64,000 nucleotides of DNA, taken from the NCBI RefSeq assembly GCF_009914755.1, contig NC_060938.1. One strand, given 5' to 3'. A program made the position numbers and the translations under genes. The notes beneath the pieces were generated by a model, which had not been told where the DNA came from, did no database searches, and saw only the letters and a list, made by a program, of their open reading frames with translations. This DNA is from the human T2T-CHM13v2.0 reference genome, Homo sapiens. Below, piece after piece: positions 25,181 to 37,130 of the stretch. Position 1 is the stretch's first letter, and every line of letters begins with the position of its first letter.

Positions 25181-25488
25181 TTTTTCTCCCTATAATAACG
25201 TTAGGGTAAACAAAATAAAATTATTTCAAGAAACATATACAATGAAATAATAAAACATAAATGAAAACTACCAGACAAGGGGAAATACAAATTAAAATAA
25301 GAAGACAAGAACAGATGACATTGCTAAGGAAAAACTATTTATAAGCCTCCTAGTGGCCAAAGCAAAAAGGAACATAAGATTGATAAAATTATTACTGTCC
25401 ATGAGAAAAAAACTAATTCTATGAGAAAAGTGACACCAAATTTAAAAGAAATTTCTTATGTGGGTTTAATAATGTATAGAAAATTCTT

Positions 25489-25829
<341 letters not shown>

Positions 25830-25884
25830 TCATATAGATTTATTTAAATGTCCTTTTATAAAATAAGAGAGAAAATACTGTGTA

Positions 25885-25947
25885 TAGTGGTGCTTTCTAA
25901 GTAGAATGTGCATACAGTCACCTGGGATCTCATTAAAATACAAATCC
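25885..25947. mobile_element. MER5-type left fragment
   Basis: tagtggtgc...gtgcatacagtcacctgggatctcattaaaatacaaatcct. Confidence 0.5.
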
Positions 25948-25948
25948 T

Positions 25949-26077
25949 CTTTTGATTACTATAGCCTTATAGTATGTATCAAGTTGGGTAATGTGATGTC
26001 TCCAGCTTTGTTCTTTTTGCTTAGGATTGCTTTGGCAATTCAAGCTCTTTTTTAGTTCCATATGAATTTTAAAGTAG
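25949..26077 (-). mobile_element. L1 (PB/MA-age) ORF2 fragment
   Basis: gtaatgtgatgtctccagctttgttctttttgcttaggattgctttggc...ttccatatgaattttaaagtag. Confidence 0.8.
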
Positions 26078-28159
26078 TGATACGGTTTGGCTGTGTACCC
26101 ACCCAAATCTCATCTTGAGTTGTAGCTCCCATAATCCGCATGTTTTGTGGGAGGGACCCAGTGGGTGATAATTGAATCATGGGGGCAGTTTCCCCCATAC
26201 TGTTCTCATGGTAGTGAATAAGATCTGATGGTTTAATAAGGTGAAACCCCTTTCACTTCACTTTCATTCTTTCTTGTCTGCCACCATATAAGACATGCCT
26301 TTGCTTCTCCTTCACTTCTTCCATGATTGTGAAGCCTCCCTGCAATGTGGAACTGTGAGTTCATCAAACCTTTTTTTCTTTATAAATTACCCAGTCTTGG
26401 GTATGTTTTAACAGCAGCATGAAATTGGACTAATACAGTAAATTGGTACTACTGGAATGGGTTGCTGCTGTAAAGATACCCAAAAATGTGGAAGCAACTT
26501 TGGAACGGGGTAACAGGCAGAGGTTGGAACAGTTTGGAGGTCTCAAAAGAAGACAGGAAGATGTGGGAACATTTGGAACTTCCTAAAGACTTGTTGAATG
26601 GCTTTGATGAAAATGCTGATAATAATATGGACAATGAAATCCAGGCTGAGGTGGTCTCAGATGGAGATGAGGAACTTGTTGGGAACTAGAGTAAAGGTGA
26701 CTTTTGCTATGTTTTAACAAAGAGACTGGCAGCATTTTGCCTCTGCCCTAGAGATTTGTGGAACTTTGAACTTCAGGGAGATTATTTAAGGTATCAGGCA
26801 GAAGAAATTTCTAAGCAGCAAAGCATTCAAGAGGTGATTTGGGTGTTGTTAAAAGCCTTCAGTTTTAAAAAGGGAACAGCATAAAAATTTGGGAAATTGC
26901 AGCCTGACAGTGAGATAGAAGAGAAAAACCAATTTTCTGAGGAGAAATTCAAGCCAGCTGCAGAAATTTGCATAAGTAACAAGAAGCCATATGTCAGTCA
27001 GCAAGAAAATGGGAAAAATGTCTCCAGGGCAAGTCAGAGACCTTTGTGGCAGCCCCACCCATTACAGGCCCAGAGGTCTAGGAGGGAAAAATGGTTTTAT
27101 GGGCCAGGCCCAGGGCCCCCTGCTGTGTGCAGCCTAGGAACTTGGTGCCGTGTGTCCCAGCTGCTGAAGTCATGGCTAAAAGAGGCCAAGGTACAGCTTG
27201 GGCCATGGCTTCAGAAGGTGCAAGCCCCAAGCCTTGGCAGCTTCCATGTAGTGTTGAGCCTGTGGGTGCACAGAAGTCAAGAATTGAGGTTTGGGAACCT
27301 CCGCCTAGATTTCAGAGGATGTATGGAAATGCTTGGATGTCCAGTCAGAAGTTTGGTGAAGGGGTAGCGCCCTTATGGAGAACCTCTGCTAGGGGATTGT
27401 GGAAGGGAAATGTGGGGTTGAAGGCTTCACACAGTCTTCACTGGGGCACTGCCTAGCCGAGCTGTGATAAGAGGGCCATCATCCTCCAGACACCAGAATG
27501 GTAGATCCACTGACAGCTTGCACCATGCTCCTGGAAAAGCCGCAGACACTCAACACTAGCTCAGGAAAGCAGGTGGGAGGGAGGATGTACCATGCAAAGC
27601 CACAGGGGAAGAGCTGCCCAAGACCATGGGAACCCACCTCTTCTATCAGTGTGACCTGGATGTGAGACATGGAGTCAAAGGAGATCACTTTGGAACTTTA
27701 AGATTTGAATGGCCCGTTGGATTTTGGACTTGCCTGGGGCCTTTAGCCGCTTTGTTTTGGCCAATTTTTCCCATTTGGAAGGGTGTATTTACCCAATGCC
27801 TGTAACTCCGTTGTATCTAGGAAGTAACTAACTTGCTTTTGATTTTACAGGCTCATAGGTGGAAGGGACTTGCTTTGTCTAGGATGAGACTTTGGACTGC
27901 AGACTTCTGAGTTAATGCTGAAATGAGTTAAGCCTTTGGGGGACTGTTGGGAAGGCATGATTGGTTTTGAAATGTGAGGACATGAGATTTGGGAGGGGCC
28001 AGGGTGGAATGATATGATTTGGCTGTGTTCTCACCCAAATCTCATCTTGAATTGCAGCTCCCACAATTCCCACGTTTTGTGGGAGCGACCTGGTAGGAGA
28101 TAATTGAATCTTGGGGGCAGTTTCCCCCATACTGTTCTCATGGTAGTAAAGAAGTCTCA
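26078..28159 (+). mobile_element. THE1 (C/D-like) MaLR provirus: 5'LTR 26078-26437, internal 26438-28009, truncated 3'LTR 28010-28159
   Basis: tgatacggtttggctgtg...gactaataca LTR followed by gtaaattggtac; MaLR internal ORF remnants (26486-26689, 26897-27367); purine tract gggaggggccagggtggaa before the second LTR. Confidence 0.95.
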
Positions 28160-28914
28160 GTGCACTTCCAGAGGGACTATCTGTTAACTAGCATGTTGGG
28201 TAAGTAGAGATCAGTTAGTGTGACTCCAAGAGAACCAAGGCCAGAATTAGGCTTTCAGAGAATTAGGCTGTATAGAATATATGAAGGTCTGGGTGGGCAG
28301 TGTTCCTGCAACAGTATTCCTTAACTGTCTTATCTTGGCTTTTGATGAAAGCTGGACAACAGCTAATTCTCCACTGTGTTATCTTGCCAGGCTTTAGAGG
28401 AAGCACAGCCCTGGGAATCTCCTGGGAATCTTCTTTATTCTGAGTAGGGTTCAGTGCATAGTAGCTGTAGACTGGGATAGTTCTGCATGGTCCAGCTCAT
28501 TTGGAACAAGACAGTTTGAGGTGATGTTAAATCCATAAAACTTCTGGTCGTCACCAAGGAGCAAGGCTCACTGAGGATCAGCCTGAACTTCTATGCCTAA
28601 CCAGTGACACGCAAGTGACAGAATAGGACAAAATATTTTCAGCATGTGAGATACAAAAGAATCAGTGCCCTGAACATATAAAGAATTCTTACAAATAGTT
28701 AAGAAGAAAACAAACCCAATTGCCAAAGGGATAAGGTATCTGGACAGGTAATTTACTCAAGAGGTTCTCAGGGAATGAAATACTGGATTAACAAAAAAAT
28801 TAACGGACTTATAATATTCAAGGTTAACAAGGATCCAGGTCAACAGGCACACACACACTATGTGATTATGTAAACTGATAGTCTTTTTAAGGGTAATCTC
28901 ACAAAAAATGTGTC

Positions 28915-29140
28915 TCAAGTACCCCCAGGTGCCAGCATTGCTTTATGGGCCGGGAATGTAGGAGTAAAAAAAATTCTTATTCTCATAAAGCTTAGCTTTT
29001 AGTGGAGGGAGATAGACAATAAACAGGTATGCTCTGGTTGATAAAAGCTGAGAATAAAATAAAGCAAGGTAAGAGATGAGAATGGGTGGGGTGCTATTTT
29101 ATATAGAATGGTCAGGGGCAGCCTCAGATAAGGTAATATT
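28915..29140 (-). mobile_element. L2 fragment
   Basis: tgccagcattgct...aagcttagcttttagtggagggagatagacaataaaca...ggtcaggggcagcctcagataaggtaatatttga. Confidence 0.6.
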
Positions 29141-29689
29141 TGACTATTTGCATCTGTTAGAAGAAAGATTTATATCTATATGCATAGGCATTAAAAGAGC
29201 TTCAACCTATTGTTTATTGAAAATAGCAAGTTACAGAAATGTGTCGGGTATGATCCCTTTATATTAAAAAGGTATGTGTGTATGTATTTAAAAAAATATA
29301 CATATAATGCATTAAGGCAATACAATAAATTCATAGTGAGGCATGCACACACACACATATGCACACTCAACCCTGGTTGTCTCTGGGATTAAGTTTGCAC
29401 AGGTAGTGGTAGGAAGGAGAGAGATAATGTACTTTGTGGGTAATTTCTTTTTTAAAGAAAGTAAAATAAGATACTGAAAAGGCACAGTAACATTTGGAAA
29501 ATATTACAAAAATAGAATATGATGACGATAAAACATATTAAAACTTTTTTTAAAAAAACAAGGATTTGGAGGCCATGACCTTAAATAAAAAATATCAGCA
29601 GGCTTAAAAACAAGAGAGAGAATCAAGTAAATGGTGGCTTGTTACGGTGGAGGAAGGCACAGTTGGGAGCCACAATTTACATTGCAGTA

Positions 29690-29870
29690 CCCCCGACCCT
29701 TGTGTGATGAGACCTTGGACCGCTTAACCATTCCGTGCTGTTTGCCTCACCTGTAAAATGGAGACAATTACTTCTGGGAGCAGTTGTGTGTAATAGATGA
29801 GTTGATTCATATGCAATGCAGTACATTGCTTGGCACATAGTTAACAGCTTACTAAATGTTAGCTGTTAAA
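29690..29870 (+). mobile_element. MIR SINE
   Basis: gaccttggaccgcttaacc...ctcacctgtaaaatggagacaat...ttggcacatagttaacagcttactaaatgttagct. Confidence 0.7.
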
Positions 29871-30129
29871 AGCATTCTCAGTTCCACTAAGTGAGGGGCT
29901 CCAATGGCTCCACACAAGAAAAGCAGCCCACCTGCAGAAGGTGGGACCTCTTGACCTTTTCTTTAGCATCTCAACACTTCACAGATATCTGTCATGGTTG
30001 AAAAATGTATGTTGGGTAATTAGAGTACAAACTGACTGACTGGTGTGTGGTATAGAAGTCAGGGAACAAGTGTGGGACACAATGAAGCTCAGGTCCTGAC
30101 TCAACTACTTAATTGCTGTCACCTTTGTT

Positions 30130-30400
30130 AGTTAAAAAATAAATGGCTCTCCCGACTCCTGCTAGGGTGCTATTTGCACTTATGGAGAGAGGAAAAACAA
30201 CAGTCAGACCCCCTTTGCTTTGCTGACATTTATTTGCCTTAAGCTGTGCAACTGATCCTCAGGAAGTCAAGGGGTTTAGTTGTTTTCCTGGATTTCTAGG
30301 AAAAGTAAGTTTGCACATCTCAAACTGAGTAATCAACTTTAAAACAAATGACTAGATATGTATTAGTTGCCACAAAGCAACTTTCAAATTCTGCCCATTG
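30130..30400. promoter_or_regulatory. Candidate enhancer (STAT/BCL6, ETS, forkhead motifs)
   Basis: TTCTAGGAA at 30294-30302 abutting TTCCTGGAT; CAGGAAGT at 30260; TATTTGC x2; TGAGTAA; motif match only. Confidence 0.3.
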
Positions 30401-32273
30401 TACAACTTCCATTGTACCTGGCGAAGTGGGTGACACATTTAATTTTGCTGAGGACAAATGTTAAGGGACGCTACCTGAACTACCATTGAGGGAAAAGGAA
30501 CGCAGAATTTCCTGGTATTCCACTGGATACCCCTTTTTCTTGCTGCTTCCTTAATACAGCCTCTCCCTTTTCCTTCCACAATGGTGTTGCCAAGTAAGCC
30601 AAAGTATGGAATGAGTTGTCCCAGGGCAGGTGATCATGCCAGGGTCACCGTGCATTAATAGCTTTGGGACAAAGCCAGTATGTTCACAGGAAACCTAGGC
30701 AACCACTCTAAGTCCTGACCTACCAAAATTTTCTCATGGATTATGTAAATGATCATATACCACTTGTCAAGCCAGACTCGGCAGGGTTTCTCTTGCCCTT
30801 TAAACTTTCTCTTCATTTCTGTCTTCTTTCTGTTCATTTTTCCTCTCTCCTTTTTATTTAATTATTGCTTTCATTCTCTATGTCCTGTTCTGTGCATTTC
30901 CTATATTATTTCCCATCTTGTTTGCTATATAACACACTCACTAACATTGCGTTCATAATTTTCCGTTTATTTTCATATCACACATGTGTTCAAAATAGAC
31001 ATTGTCTCAGATGAAAAAAGTTGTCATATACCAAGCTAGAGCAGGCTTAGCTAGACTGCCATTTCTCCATGAAATCTTATTGACCGTTCTTTTTAAACGC
31101 TTCATAGCTTTTTTGAGAAATAACCATCTTTGGGGAATGAACTGTAATTTATTGGGAGACGTTAGCTTTAGTAAATACTTAAGTACTCTCATGATAAAGG
31201 GACCAAGCAACATTTGTCTCTGTTCCTGCATGTTTAAGAATTTAAGCATAAAAGCCGTAGCAATGTTCCTGGTGGATTGTTGCCCCAAAGTTAATATGCT
31301 TCTGAAGATTCAGGACAGTTTCTGTGGAGTATATTGCCTAATAACTGTTGTGACCGGTGCTTATATATTTTGTTCTTGGCTCTTAAACTTGTGCTTGGGG
31401 TGTAGTGTTCAGTTTATTGAAGAAGGAACAAAAAAGCAGTGGCTTTATGAAACTCATTTATTCACTTTATCAGGATTGCTTCATTGTTTGTCAACTCAAA
31501 ATATTAGTGGGGATTTAGGGAAATAATCTTGCTCTCTAATTAGATGAAATGGGAGGCTTATTGCTGCAGCCATAAATGATCTTTTAGGTGTTACTAATTC
31601 AACTAAATCTCAGATGTCCAATTTGTGCAGCCTGTTGATGATATTATTCAGTGAAAAATGGTTGGGGAGATTGGGAATGATTAAGAAAATTAGTCTTGCT
31701 CACAACTTAATGATAACACTTGAGGATAATGTAAAAACAATAGCAACTTTGAAAGTCAAGATGGGTCATCCAGCAATGAACTATTACCCAACTCAGTCGC
31801 CAAGATTTGGATCATTAAGTGCTCAGCTACATAAGGAAGAAATGAATTACTAATTTGTGTTGTTAAGGCTAATGTTCTTGTTTAGTGTTTAGACTGACCT
31901 ATAAGTTCCTGCGCTGTCCTGAATGAAGCCTTGCAGGATGGAAATATGGCAAGGTTGCCAGCTGGGCTATACTCACAGGGGTCCCAGATTATCTCTGTCC
32001 GGGAAGCAGTGGTGGGAAACGGGTAAAAATATTCTCCACATGGGGTCTCCACTTCTCTGGCATCAATAATCCAAGCTACAAGTTCTTGCTATTCTTTATC
32101 TTTGTCCTTACTGTGCCTAAATTTATCTTTATCCATTCTCAGCCTTTTTTCAAGGAAAAGAAGTATTGTGAGGGCAATGAGGATCCACGTCTTTACATCC
32201 ATTTCTTTGCTTTGCATAAAGTCCTCAGTATTTATTTTCCTTTAGGGATGCTGGCTTTCTTAGGTAGGGGATC

Positions 32274-32605
32274 TATTATAATAATTGATTTCAAGTCCAC
32301 TAGGCTGAGATGGCTCCAGTGCCTTTGTAAGCAAACCAAAACCTAACTCAACCTAAATACTAAAATAAAACTTTAGTTTAACCAATCAGAAATTGCTAAC
32401 CAACCTGTAACTAGAGATTTTCAGCCTAAATCAATCAGATATTTTCTTTGTCTTGCTTCCACAAACACCTTATACAAGTTTTCCCCTTGCACCCTCTCAG
32501 TGGAGTGCTGAACCACTTGTAGTCTGAGACTGCTGGGTTCATGAATTGCTGAATGCTCAAATAAACTTGTTAAAATTTTAATGTGCCTAAGTTTATCTAT
32601 TAACA
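32274..32605 (+). mobile_element. ERV1 solo LTR (MER90/MER93/MER110-like)
   Basis: taggctgagatggctccagtgcc...gtaagcaaaccaaaacctaactca, CCAAT box, AATAAA, ends ttaaca; 4-bp TSD-like gatc/ggtc. Confidence 0.7.
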
Positions 32606-33329
32606 GGTCATTCTTATCAGGGGATTGAAAAGGAACTGAAAAATACAAAAGTGATGTACTTTTATAGAAGATAATGAAGATCAGAAATCTTAAGGCTGCC
32701 ATACAGATCAGAGGTTTCACACGTTCCTTTGATTAGGCAAACTCACTCAAGGCAATTAACAAAAGAGTTCAGGCTAACACTTTGGGGTCCATTTAATCAG
32801 AGACTAGCCTAATGGGTCAATTCTGAGGCTCTACTAAGGCTCTAAGAGCCAAAGCAGCCTTTGGCTTTCTAATAGTGAAAAGGACAAAGTTTTAAAGCAG
32901 ACATGTGTCTGCTAATAACCAGGGCTCAATCCTTAAAATTAATTCTGAAGCCTCCAGTTTTATACTTGGCAACTCCAAAATACTGAATTATTATTAAGCT
33001 ATTATGATACTTTATGTATGCTTATTATTTTAGTGTCCATCAAAAGAAATATTTCATGTAGTGGCTTTAATAAAATTTATTTTCTTAATAAAAACATTGG
33101 CCATATCATGTGCTGGATAGTAGAGAAACTTCACCTACATTTTGAAGAAGATCGATCATGGATAATTAAACTTAAGCAAAAAGGGCCGCTTAGTTTTAAC
33201 TGGCCAAATAGTGGCATCGAATCTCAGAGAGGACCAAAACAGGGTTTAAGAAGGCAGGTCTTATAGATTGAATCTTATTCAAATGACCTAAATGTCAAAA
33301 GTAGTATGATTATAAACCTACGAAAAAGT

Positions 33330-33620
33330 GAGAAAAATCCATTTCTAGGTTATATTGTTAAGTTAAAAAAAGAAAGGTACAACAAGTATATATAATATGC
33401 TACATTTTGTGTATGGCCAGCACAGAAAATGAGAATATATATTTGATTTGCATGTATTTGCATAAAGAAACCTTGGAAGGATAAACAATAAACTAATAAA
33501 AGTGGAGGAATGAAGTGGATGGAGACTTGGGTGGTAGCATGACTTCCCAGAGTATACCTTTACATTGCTTTGAGTTTGAAACAAGTAAATGTATTACTTA
33601 TTCAAGAACAAAAATGAAAA
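33330..33620 (+). mobile_element. Old L1M 3' end
   Basis: tatattgttaagttaaaaaaag...tataatatgctacattttgtgt...ggaaggataaacaataaactaataaaagtgg. Confidence 0.6.
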
Positions 33621-35008
33621 GACAAAAACATGATGAGATATTTTGTTGGAAAAGTTAAACCTAGAGGGAATATTTGCAGAAGATGTAAAGTGTGACATTT
33701 CAACATAAGTACAACATTGTGATGTAGCAGAAAGGTCAATAAGCTGAGAGAGAGGAGACATGGGCCCAGTTTTACCACAAACTACTTTAGCATCATTTAA
33801 CACTGGATTGACAAATGGGTTTAATGTTTGATGTCATTTATGTTTATGATTAAATATGAAAAGTCTGCCTGAAGCCTTCTGTCCAGAAGGATTTTTAAGG
33901 CCACACCTGTGTGCAGTAGAAAAGATTGCTTTAATTGATTAGTGATCTCTGCTGTGGGTAGAGGATAGGAGAGTGATGGTGTGCATGCATTCTATTTGTC
34001 CTTGTGATTTTTTTTAGTCATGTACAAGATTAGGGGCTTAGAACAGATTATCTTTAAGTCTCATAGTTTAAAAATGTTAATAATAAACAGAATATGTTCC
34101 AAAAAGATAAAGCAAAGAAGGAGGGGAGGGTATGGTCAATTGTGGTCCTGTAGCTTCAGACAAGTTCCACCTCTTGGTGGGTGAACAGGCTGGAATGGTC
34201 TAGCATTGAGTATTCCTTAGTCATTCTGTTGGAAGGTGTTCAGGGCAAGGATGCAACACTTTCTCAGGGAATGTGCTGGAGACAATTTTTGGAGTACAGA
34301 AAACTTGATAGCTTCCATTCCCACTTCAGTTTCTGGAACATTATAACAACCAAAGAGTCTGCTACAAGAAACTTGGAAGAGCCTCCAAGGCGGCCAGTTG
34401 TCTGTGGTGTTGGGGAAGAGCTGAGTGACTGATGGAAATGGAGACGGCTCATCTCTCCTGAAAGCCTAGTGGAAGGACAGATTTTTGTGGCTTCTTCAGA
34501 GCCTAGGCAGGAGAAGTCTGTGGGTCTTCTTGAAAAAGAATTGCCCTGTCCATGTGGCATTTGTGCTTCCTGATGAACTGCTTGATCATACTTTCCCTGA
34601 AATTTGAGAGCCATGGTTCTAGTCTAAGGCCAGGTGACTGTGCAAGAAGCCAGTTTGCAAGAGGAAGGGGGCTGGCTTTCCATCATCTGAGCAGGACATC
34701 ATGTAGAGATCCCCTAAGGCATGAAGGGGATTGCTAGTGTTGTAAGGACCTTCAGAGTCTTGGAGATGAGACAATTCAAAGCTCCTGATGCCATAAGTCT
34801 GCAGAGAGATAAAAGACATGTAGAGAGCTGACCAGAGCCCATCTGGGATGGCAGTTCCCTTTTCCTCTTAGCTGCTTGGAACCTCTTGTGCCCTGGAGCT
34901 CCCGGCAAAGCAGGCTGCACTCTGCCATGTCAGCCCCAGACTCCCAGCCTCTGCTTACCAGATGGGGCCCTTCCCATATGGTGTCCCAGCCAGACAAAAG
35001 CTTCTAGG

Positions 35009-35212
35009 CTGTCCTGTCCAATACAGTAGTCCCTGGCCAGCTGTGGCCATTTAAATTAAAATCAATTAAGATAAAATAAAAATTCCAGTTCCTCAGTTGC
35101 ACTAGCCACATTTCAAGTGCCCGGTAGCCATTCGTGGCAAGTGGCTATCGAATTGGATTGCACAGGTCTAGCTCATTCCCACCATCACAGAATGTTCTGT
35201 TGGACAGTGCTG
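35009..35212. mobile_element. MER3 (hAT-Charlie)
   Basis: Terminal inverted repeats ctgtccaa/ttggacag; internal cagttcctcagttgcactagccacatttcaagtgc; TCTAG-containing flanks. Confidence 0.85.
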
Positions 35213-35415
35213 CTCTAGAATGTGTATGTAGAAGTCACCACAGACAGATGGATTCACCAGTGAAAAGCTTCCAGCAGGGAAAACACAGGTAAGAGCCCCT
35301 GGGATTTATCTTTTACCAAAGCTCCCCAGGTGGTGACAATCTTTCCAGTCTCACTCTAACCCTCAAAGGAGGAAAACCAGAGTTTCCTTCCAGCCTCCAG
35401 CAATGCCTTCTAGGT

Positions 35416-36500
35416 CACTATTATTTGAAGTCCGATCTGTGGACCAATAGTGGTCTGTGAACTGTTTGTATTGAGGTTGAGAGTAGGCATTTAGAAACTT
35501 ACAGAATTTTTTTTTGTCATTGCCATGACATCCAAGCATGTGGTCAGGTGACTTGTCTCCCTGAAGAGTATCTAGACCAATTCAGGGTTTGGAATTCGGC
35601 AGGCACAGTAGAACCAAGTTATTTACAGCAGGTGATATTTTAAAATTAATTGGTAAACTCAAATCTAAAAGTGTATAAAATCCAAAATCCACTGCTTTCA
35701 TTAAAATAACACAAATTTAACTACAACTTTACAGGATAAATTGTTGTGAGTTGCTACTGATAAGGATAAAAGAATAAGGATTCTTTTATTGAATAAGGAC
35801 AAAAGATTAACAAGGATAGAAGTTAAGTTTTGCAAATGTAGTGTCACTTGCTTCATTTTAGATAAAAGTTGACAATGAATATTCTGATCTTGCTCAGATG
35901 CCTTTAAAATATCTTATTCTGTCCTTGCCAACATACCTCTGGTTAAGACTTGTTTCTCTACTATCAGTTTTATTAAAAGAAAACATAGAAACTAGATATC
36001 TGTCATGCCCTGTAAGCAGTATTGTTGCCAATTCAATTTGATTTAGATAAGTTAATAAGCAAGAAACAAGTTCCTTTGTAACATTAGAAACCTTAAATGT
36101 TGATATGTATAGTGTTTGTACAAAGTATCTACACAGTACTTACCACAGAGACCATTATTTCTTTCATAACTTTTTGTTTTCATTGCACAATGAGTAAAAG
36201 CGGCTAGTATAATAAGCATTTTCTATATTAATCTGTAAACATACTTTCAATGAATCATTCATATGGTTTTGGGATTCTTTTATTTTATCCCATGCTGTTT
36301 GTTTTGATTGTATGTATTAAAATTTATTTCTATGTGTATTGAATCTAATAACAAAAGATTGGGGCTTATATTTCATATGTTTTTACTTTTGTATTTCTTT
36401 TTTTCTAGTAATTCATTTATATAATGTTTTACCAAAAATGTCTGCAAAAGATTAAATTAAAAAAATAGTCATTCAACCACAGATGATTTGAACAGCATGT
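35416..36500. mobile_element. Charlie7-like hAT DNA transposon, internally deleted
   Basis: tgtggacc...tgtgaactgtttg...gagagtaggcatttagaaactt...cattgccatgacatccaagcatgtg; terminus accacagatgatttgaacagca. Confidence 0.65.
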
Positions 36501-36759
36501 CTACACTGGACCAGGTTGCTTTGCTGTTCTTTCCTGGGAGCAGCTCGCAGGAGATGCCTGGAAGCGGGCTGGCTGTGTCCTCAGGGCTGAGTTTGCAGAC
36601 TGCCAGTTTAAAATGGAGATCTGCTGAGCCATTGTGGAAGAAAGTTCTCAGGACAATTCCTAGTTCAGCAAAACTGTGGGCTTAGAAGGGAGCATGGCAG
36701 GGAAGGGAGTGATAAAGCAAAATATTCAGGTGGCAGGGCATAATTATATTATTTTAATT

Positions 36760-37130
36760 TAGACACATTAATAGAGCAATACAGATCCAATTATCAGCAA
36801 GATTAATAAACACAGCTTAAGTTTCCAATTAGTGGAGGTAGAGATGGAGGTGGAGGGGTGATGAAGGCAAGGGAATGAAAAAAATGTGACCAAGTCAGCC
36901 AACGTAAGAAAATAGAAAAGAGGAAATAACAATAAAGAATAAGGAATAGTAAACCTAAAATCAGATGAAATGGCAAGGCATGTGCATCTCTTTTCATGTA
37001 AGATATGAATGGTCTAAAATCATCAATCAAATAACAGAAAACTTCAGATTGAGTTCAGAAAATATTACACTATCTGTTGCTTATAGATATTTCACACACC
37101 ACAAAGTGGCCAAGAAAGTTTGAAAAGTTC
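36760..37130 (+). mobile_element. Old L1M ORF2 5' (endonuclease) fragment
   Basis: atatgaatggtctaaaatcatcaatcaaa...cagattgag...ctatctgttgcttataga. Confidence 0.5.

Noticed and set aside
26486-27456. ORFs of 67, 156 and 121 aa as novel genes
   Set aside because: They are frameshifted remnants of the THE1/MaLR internal ORF.
31002-31526. 174-aa ORF as a host gene
   Set aside because: Non-ATG start, no recognisable domain, Leu/Phe/Cys-rich composition typical of chance ORFs in AT-rich DNA.
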